Source: Octopus vulgaris (Eukaryota). Taken from it: a stretch of DNA of 64,000 nt. The translations under genes and the position numbers were made by a program. Shown here piece by piece: positions 57,363 to 64,000 of this stretch (the stretch's first letter is position 1; each line of letters opens with the position of its first letter). The DNA lies in contig OX597824.1 in NCBI GenBank assembly GCA_951406725.2, forward strand, positions 93,558,001 to 93,622,000, given 5' to 3'. The notes below the pieces were generated by a model. The model searched no databases and was not told the origin of the DNA. It was given only the letters and a program-made list of their open reading frames with translations.

Positions 57363-58507
57363 GGGATTTTAATGTCAGATTCAATAGAAAATGTTCTGAA
57401 GTTAAAGGCTGCAACTTTGCTTTCGTCTAACCTCTTAAAAATTCAAGAGATTTCTACTTTGTGATGAAAGAATTGTCCAAGTGTTTCGGTTTGTTTTGGT
57501 TTTTGTTTTTTGTTTTTTTTACTAGTCATAGTCATGTTAAACATTTATTTTTGCGTGAAAAGAGAAAGAAATATGTTGAAACAAAAAAGAAAAAAAATAA
57601 CAATAATTTATGGTTCGAGTTTTTGGTGTTGATATTAAAAGCCCTGAATGTTCTTGTTGATGTCTTTTTGTTTGTGTTTAGACATTGTGTTGTTAATATT
57701 CTTGCTGTTGTTTCGCCTTCGTTTATATTTGCTGAAACCCAATTTTTGTTGTTGTTGGTGTTGTTGTTGCTATTAACATTGTTGTTTTTGCTGTTTCTTA
57801 TTGTTAACGATGTTGTTTATTTCCGTTGTTGTTTTTTTGCTGTTTGTTGTTACAACACCCGATCGATGAGGCCTTTTATTCAAAGAATTCAAGGCGTGTT
57901 TCAAGCCAATATCTTCCTTGGTTCTTTGGTTATCTGGGCCTCTGTTATCTCAGGCGACCTTCAGCCTTGTGCTTTTACGATAGCGAAATGCAATATGAGG
58001 GAAAATATTCGCTTGGCTACTATTTCAGGCAGAGGGACTGATCACAGAGAAGCTTCTATTTTGGTTCGATAATTTATGATTATGTTCATATTTAAATTCT
58101 TTTTACTATTTTAATGGTGTTTCTCAGAAAGAAGGTCTGTGTGCACGAACGTGAAGGCTTTCCACCATGTCAGACCAGAGAAATCGATGCAACTAGCATT
58201 TTCAAGGTGGAGTTGGTAGTAAAGACCTACATTTAGGATAGCTATAGATGCAGCATCATGGCCGTGCTCTCGTTACTAAATCCCGTTTTGCCTCGAAGAA
58301 TATCGGGGTGTTAAGAAACTTGTTTTGTAACCACTTGTTTTCGGGTTCAATTTCACTATACAATATCTCTGGTAAGTGTGAACTAACATATCCTTGGACG
58401 GACAAATGCTTCAAGTGTATTGTGAGTGAAATTGGCAGGTGGAAACTGAAGAAAGCCCATCATATATGTATAAGTGTATGTGTGTGTGTTTATGCGTGAG
58501 TGTATAC

Positions 58508-58579
<72 letters not shown>

Positions 58580-59615
58580 CAGACAGACAGACAGACAGAG
58601 GTAGTGAGCAACAGAGTTTTGCGTTTGTTGCACCCACACCGCTTGTAAAACGTGCTGGTTTGTTTACGTCCCCGTAAAATAGCGGTTCAGCAAATGAGAG
58701 AAATAGGTCAACTTTGCCTTTCATAATTTCGGGGGTTGATAAACTAAGTACCAGTTGCATACTGGGGTCGTTCTAAGTGACTGGCCCCCATCCCCCAAAA
58801 TTCCGGGCCTTGTGCCTAGAGTAGAAAAGATTATAAAGAATTAGCTGTTGTTTGGGGAGCAGGGGCTTACGTTGCTGAAAAATATTGGTTTTAGAAGGAC
58901 TAGGCAGTTGTTTGACAGGGTCAACATTGGTGAATTTGTTAAATCTGAGAAAATGTAGTCCTAGACATCATGGAGCAAATCTGGTATGATCACGCCTCCT
59001 GGACTATTTTGAATAATTGTTTCACATCTTAGCGGAAGACCAAACGTTTTGAGGGGAAGGTTAATTCGATCCCGTCAATGCAGTGCATGATTTGTAATTA
59101 TTTGATCGACTCCGAGGAAATGTAAGGTAAAATCAACCTCGACGGAATTTGAACTGTGAACATAACAAACCAGAGCATTTATTCCGACGTGATAACCACT
59201 ATGCCAACTCCCCTACCATATGACAGCTTTTAATAATAGCTTTGGTTGTCCGGGATAGAAACAAGATAGAACAACAACAAAAATCAGCAACAACGATCTA
59301 ATTTGAAGGACTAAGCACAACACTTCAGCTAAAACAACAGCAACCATAACAGTTTAAACAACAACAGAGCATGAACAACATTCCGGGTTTTAATAACAAC
59401 AGCGAAAACAACAACAAAAGCCATAAAACTATTATTTTTCTTTGTCACACTTTGTTCTCGAACGAAAGTTTCAAATTACATTTATTATGCCAATAGGCTT
59501 CGAGAATTCTTTGAACACGCACTAGAAATCTCTTGATTTTTAAGATGCTAGACGAAAACAAAGTTACTGTCTTTCAAATCTGAATATTTTCTTTGGAATC
59601 TGGCATTAAAATTCC
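57363..59615. repeat. Long diverged inverted repeat pair (~57363-57880 and ~59225-59615)
   Basis: 57363-57455 matches the reverse complement of 59524-59615 at roughly 80% by eye; GTT-rich and AAC-rich segments continue the match inward. Confidence 0.8.
58300..58830 (+). mobile_element. Degenerate SINE B followed by the 3' part of SINE C
   Basis: GGAAACTGAAGAAAGCCC...(TG)n...GTTTACGTCCCCGTAA, then CTTTGCCTTTCATAATTTCGGGGTTGAT. Confidence 0.7.
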
Positions 59616-59719
59616 TTCACAGGATAATTGCTAATAGACAATGAATGGTTCACAATATGGTCGCTGTATTAATAGAATCATTAAAACATTGAGCTAGAGT
59701 CCTTTGCGGTATGAAACTA

Positions 59720-60111
59720 CTTACTCTCTTACCTTCTTACTTGTTTCAGTCATTTGACTGCGACCATGCTGGAGCACCACTGTTAGTAGAGCAAATCGAC
59801 CCTGGGACTTATTCTTTTTGTAAGCCTAGTACTTATTCTATCGGACTCTTTTGCCGAACTGCTATGTTACGGGGACGTAAAGACACCAGCATTGGTTATG
59901 GGACAAAAACAGATGCACAAACATACTCACACACACATACGCATGTATATATATACATATATATGACGAGCTTCTTTCAGTTTCCGTCTACCAAATCCAC
60001 TCACAAGGCTTTGGTCGGCCCGAGTTGCCCAAAGTACCATACAGTGGGACTGAACCCGGTACCATGTGGTTGGTAAGCAAGCTATTTACTACACAGCCAC
60101 TCCTGCGCCTA
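59720..60111 (-). mobile_element. SINE family B, near full length
   Basis: Ends CACAGCCACTCCTGCGCCT; tail TTGTTTCAGTCATTTGACTGCG. Confidence 0.9.
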
Positions 60112-61897
60112 TCCACACAGTGATTCCTTTATTCACCCTGTTGATATCGATTAACAAAGTAAATACATCGATCAGGTATTGCAATCGATGCATCGACTAT
60201 TGACCTCCTCGAAAATGCGTAGTTGTGTACCGATGTTAAAATAATATACTTGTTGCAAATACATTTGACAGACATAAGATATGTGAATTCGAACAATTTA
60301 GCTGTTATTTCTAGCAGTTACAGCAACTCACTAGATGATGCATGATTGATGCTTGGTTCCCAGTTTAGAATAGAACGCAGCAAGGCAAGCGAACTAATGA
60401 AACGCATACATACTTTAACATGTTGCCGCTAATTGGAACGGTAATATTTTCCTATTAAGCTGTGTTGACAGATAAATGGTAGTTCCGGCCGCAAATGCAG
60501 AGCATTTCTGATGCCAGTACACATTCGTCCACAGCTTGTTGTCTGCTAATTTATTCCTGCAGTAGAGCTGAGCTCAGAATTTGAAGTGGCAGACGTTAAT
60601 ATCATGAAATTGACGCAGCTGGAAATTGGAAATCTACAGCGAATCACGTGTAGTGTTGGTGTTGTTTCACACGGGAGATAACAAAGTATTATGTTATATT
60701 GAAAAGCCTAAAAATATGCTACGTATATAGATTTCCAAAAATTGTAAGCAGCAGTTCAATTTTTTGACGAACAATAATCTCAGATTACCGAACAACTGGT
60801 TGTTTCCACGTACGAAATATATTTCTTTCAAACTTTCACACAAGGTCAGCAATATTTTAAAGGAGGATAAGACAGTTATATCGACCCCCATGTCTCTAGT
60901 GGTACATATATATTTTTATCGCTCTCTAAAAGACAACGACGGCTTCGGCGGTATTTGAACCCGGAATTTAAAGCCCGAAGATTATCGCTAGGCATTTTAG
61001 TGGACTTGCTAACGACTCTGCCAGCGAACTGATTTTAATAGTTTTAGATCTTGACAAAGATTTATAGCGAATGGGCAATTCGTTTACATCCAGCTCAGAA
61101 ATCAGCTGGTCCCTTAGTTTGCGTTTCAGGAAATGATGAAAGGCAGTGCTATTTGAACTAAGAACGTAAAAGGCTGGAGAAAATATAACTGAACGTTATT
61201 CTTCCTGATGGCCTAATGACTTCGCCAGCTCGCCGCTTTACAAAGACGAAATGACAATATACTACATTACTTACATTATTTACATTATTTACATTTGACG
61301 GCTCTTGTATGGATATTCGGCCACATTTGTTAGAAATAAGTTTTGTTGCTGTAGGCGAACACATACAAGCATATCCACCACAAACACACACACGCATATC
61401 CACCACAAACAGCAAATAGAAGGAATAAAGAAGGAGGGACTGAGAAAGATATCGCAATTTCATATTAACAGATTAACAGAAACACTCTCCCTCTCTTCAT
61501 AGACGATTATACAAATATGCTCACAGACATGAAAAGGAGAAAAAGGAGAGAAATATATAGAGGCGGGTCTGGGAGAGTACGAGAGAAAACTAAGAAAGCC
61601 CTGTGTCAAATAAGTCAGCGTCGAATCAACCAGCGCCGCAACGGCTGCGCCAAAATTTTTTGCACCTAAATAAGACTATCCTCGCCTCCCCATAAAAAGT
61701 TAAATCTACCACTTAAATGTTAGGCCTAAAACATGAACAGTATTGGAACCACTCAAAAGTATTACAACGGCTTGTTTATTGCGCATTAACACACTTCACT
61801 GCATTACTTAAAACAAAACATTAATTTTAACAATATCCCAGCGTCGATATTTCATTTATATGTATTTCGTTTAATAAAAACAAAACTATATAAAACG

Positions 61898-61932
<35 letters not shown>

Positions 61933-62351
61933 TAAAATGAAGCATCTGTAACAAGATCAACAACAAACCACAACATTGCACAAAGAAGAAATTAGCGGTA
62001 ATTTTATAAAACAACAATGTCAAACAAAATGAAATTTAATGAAACTTCAAACGAAGTCAAACTAAATGAAAATAATATTTGGTTTTGTTTGATAGAATTT
62101 TAATAAAAAATGGAAAATAACTGACTCGCGCTCTCGTACATATAAGGCATATATATATATACATATGGTGAAAAGAAAATGTCATGATAGTACACATATA
62201 TATACGTACATACATATACATACCTACATATATATATGCATACATATATATATATATAAATGTATGTATGTACACATATGTGTATACCTATATGAGAGAG
62301 ATATTTATAGATAGATAGATACATGCATGCGTACATGCAGACATCATTACA

Positions 62352-62410
<59 letters not shown>

Positions 62411-62423
62411 GTGTATATATATG

Positions 62424-62483
<60 letters not shown>

Positions 62484-62929
62484 GTATGTATATATATATA
62501 TATATATATATGTTGTACGTATATGTATTTAATTGTACGCATTACTTGCGCGCGAGCGCTGTGTGTTAAATAATATTATTTTAATATTATACTGTGATAG
62601 AATGCTCTATTTTGATGTAATACTGCCTAATATAAATTCTGATTATTTTACTCTTTTTTGAATACTTTTTTTTTTGTTGTGTGAGAGAAAATTAATAGTG
62701 TAAGATATGTTCTGTATTGTATATTCGAATATTCGATTTAATTGATCCCCAAAAATTGGTGCACCTTTAATTTATTCATTGGAATCAAGAATGAGCCATG
62801 GAACCGGTTCAAATGTAAGATATACGAAATGTGAACGTAACGGCATGCGATGTGTACTCTTAAATCTTCGTTTTCTTTTATTTGCACACGGCAGTGATTT
62901 GTCGGGTGGATTGGCGATTGGAGGAGCGA

Positions 62930-63036
62930 AAGAGGATGAGGCTGCCTCAAGTATGATACCTGGGTGTTAGCTCGGCGACAACAAGCGCTTAAGTTTTCAA
63001 GAACTTTTCGAACGATTCTTGCTGCATAAAGAATGG
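62930..63036 (-). mobile_element. Possible second R4/Dong-type 3' remnant
   Basis: Minus strand reads TILYAARIVRKVLEN, similar to the L.GTARI.RKVL terminus; short match. Confidence 0.4.
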
Positions 63037-63061
63037 TTTATTTATTAATTATTTTGTGTCT

Positions 63062-63444
63062 GTGGGGGCGCATGGCCCAGTGGTTAGGGCAGCGGACTCG
63101 CGGTCGTAGGATCGCGGTTTCGATTCCCAGACTGGGCGTTGTGAGTGTTTGTTGAGCGAAAACACCTAAAGCTCCACGAGGCTCTGGCAGGGGATGGTGG
63201 TGACCCCTGCTGTACTCTTTCACCACAACTTTCTCTCACTCTTACTTCCTGTTTCTGTTGTACCTGTATTTCAAAGGGACGGCCTTGTCACTCTCTGTGT
63301 CACGCTGAATATCCCCGAGAACTACGTTAAGGGTACACGTGTCTGTTGAGTGCTCAGCCACTTACACGTTAATTTCGCGAGCAGGCTGTTCCGTTGATTC
63401 GGATCAACCGGAACCCTCGTCGTCGAAACCGACGGAGTGCTTCC
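63062..63444 (+). mobile_element. SINE family A, full length, tail type 2
   Basis: Near-identical to 21137-21521; putative TSD ATTTTGTGT at 63051-63059 and 63445-63453. Confidence 0.92.
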
Positions 63445-63755
63445 ATTTTGTGTGTTTGTGTGTGTGTCTTGTAGGACGACGATGTGAACAGCAGTTTCAA
63501 TATCCATCAGCGTCAAACTCTTAGTCATAAATTGGTTGTTGTGCCAAGTGCACGAACAACCGCCGTCTTCAACAATCTCTTTATCTCTCTGGCATCATCG
63601 TGATTACTGCGCCAGGTAAAATGCTAAGTGGCAACTCTCTTCCGCCTTTACATTCTGAACTGAAATGTCGATGAGGTCGACTCTGCCGTTCGTCATTTTG
63701 AATTCGAGGAAACAAGTATCGTTTAATTACTGGAGTCAATGTATCGACTAAACAC

Positions 63756-63980
<225 letters not shown>

Positions 63981-64000
63981 ATTTATCTTCTCAGAACTCT

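Noticed and set aside
57461-58072. 203-aa hydrophobic ORF
   Set aside because: Derived from the GTT-rich arm of the inverted repeat; no recognisable motifs

Overview
AT-rich eukaryotic non-coding DNA (intronic or intergenic), dense in microsatellites ((TA)n, (TG)n, (TATG)n, (TAA)n, (GA)n) and short interspersed repeats. The repeat repertoire suggests an Octopus or other coleoid cephalopod genome; this is inference from recall, not a search. No intact host protein-coding gene is supportable, and almost all ORFs in the track are microsatellite translations. Recognisable content: three abundant tRNA-derived SINE families, a 5'-truncated R4/Dong-type retroelement sitting exactly inside a (TAA)n tract, an RTE-type LINE tail, a complete non-autonomous Helitron and Tc1/mariner remnants. 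The most striking signal is a dispersed set of type-I hammerhead ribozyme motifs in short, mostly (TA)n-associated Penelope-like fragments (2575, 5159, 8909, 28603, 48484, plus an atypical-core variant at 4615 and 55791). One of them is locked inside a near-perfect 103-bp hairpin with its own antisense copy. Several other long inverted repeats could form dsRNA. All alignments and folds were done by eye, and repeat boundaries are approximate unless a junction is quoted.
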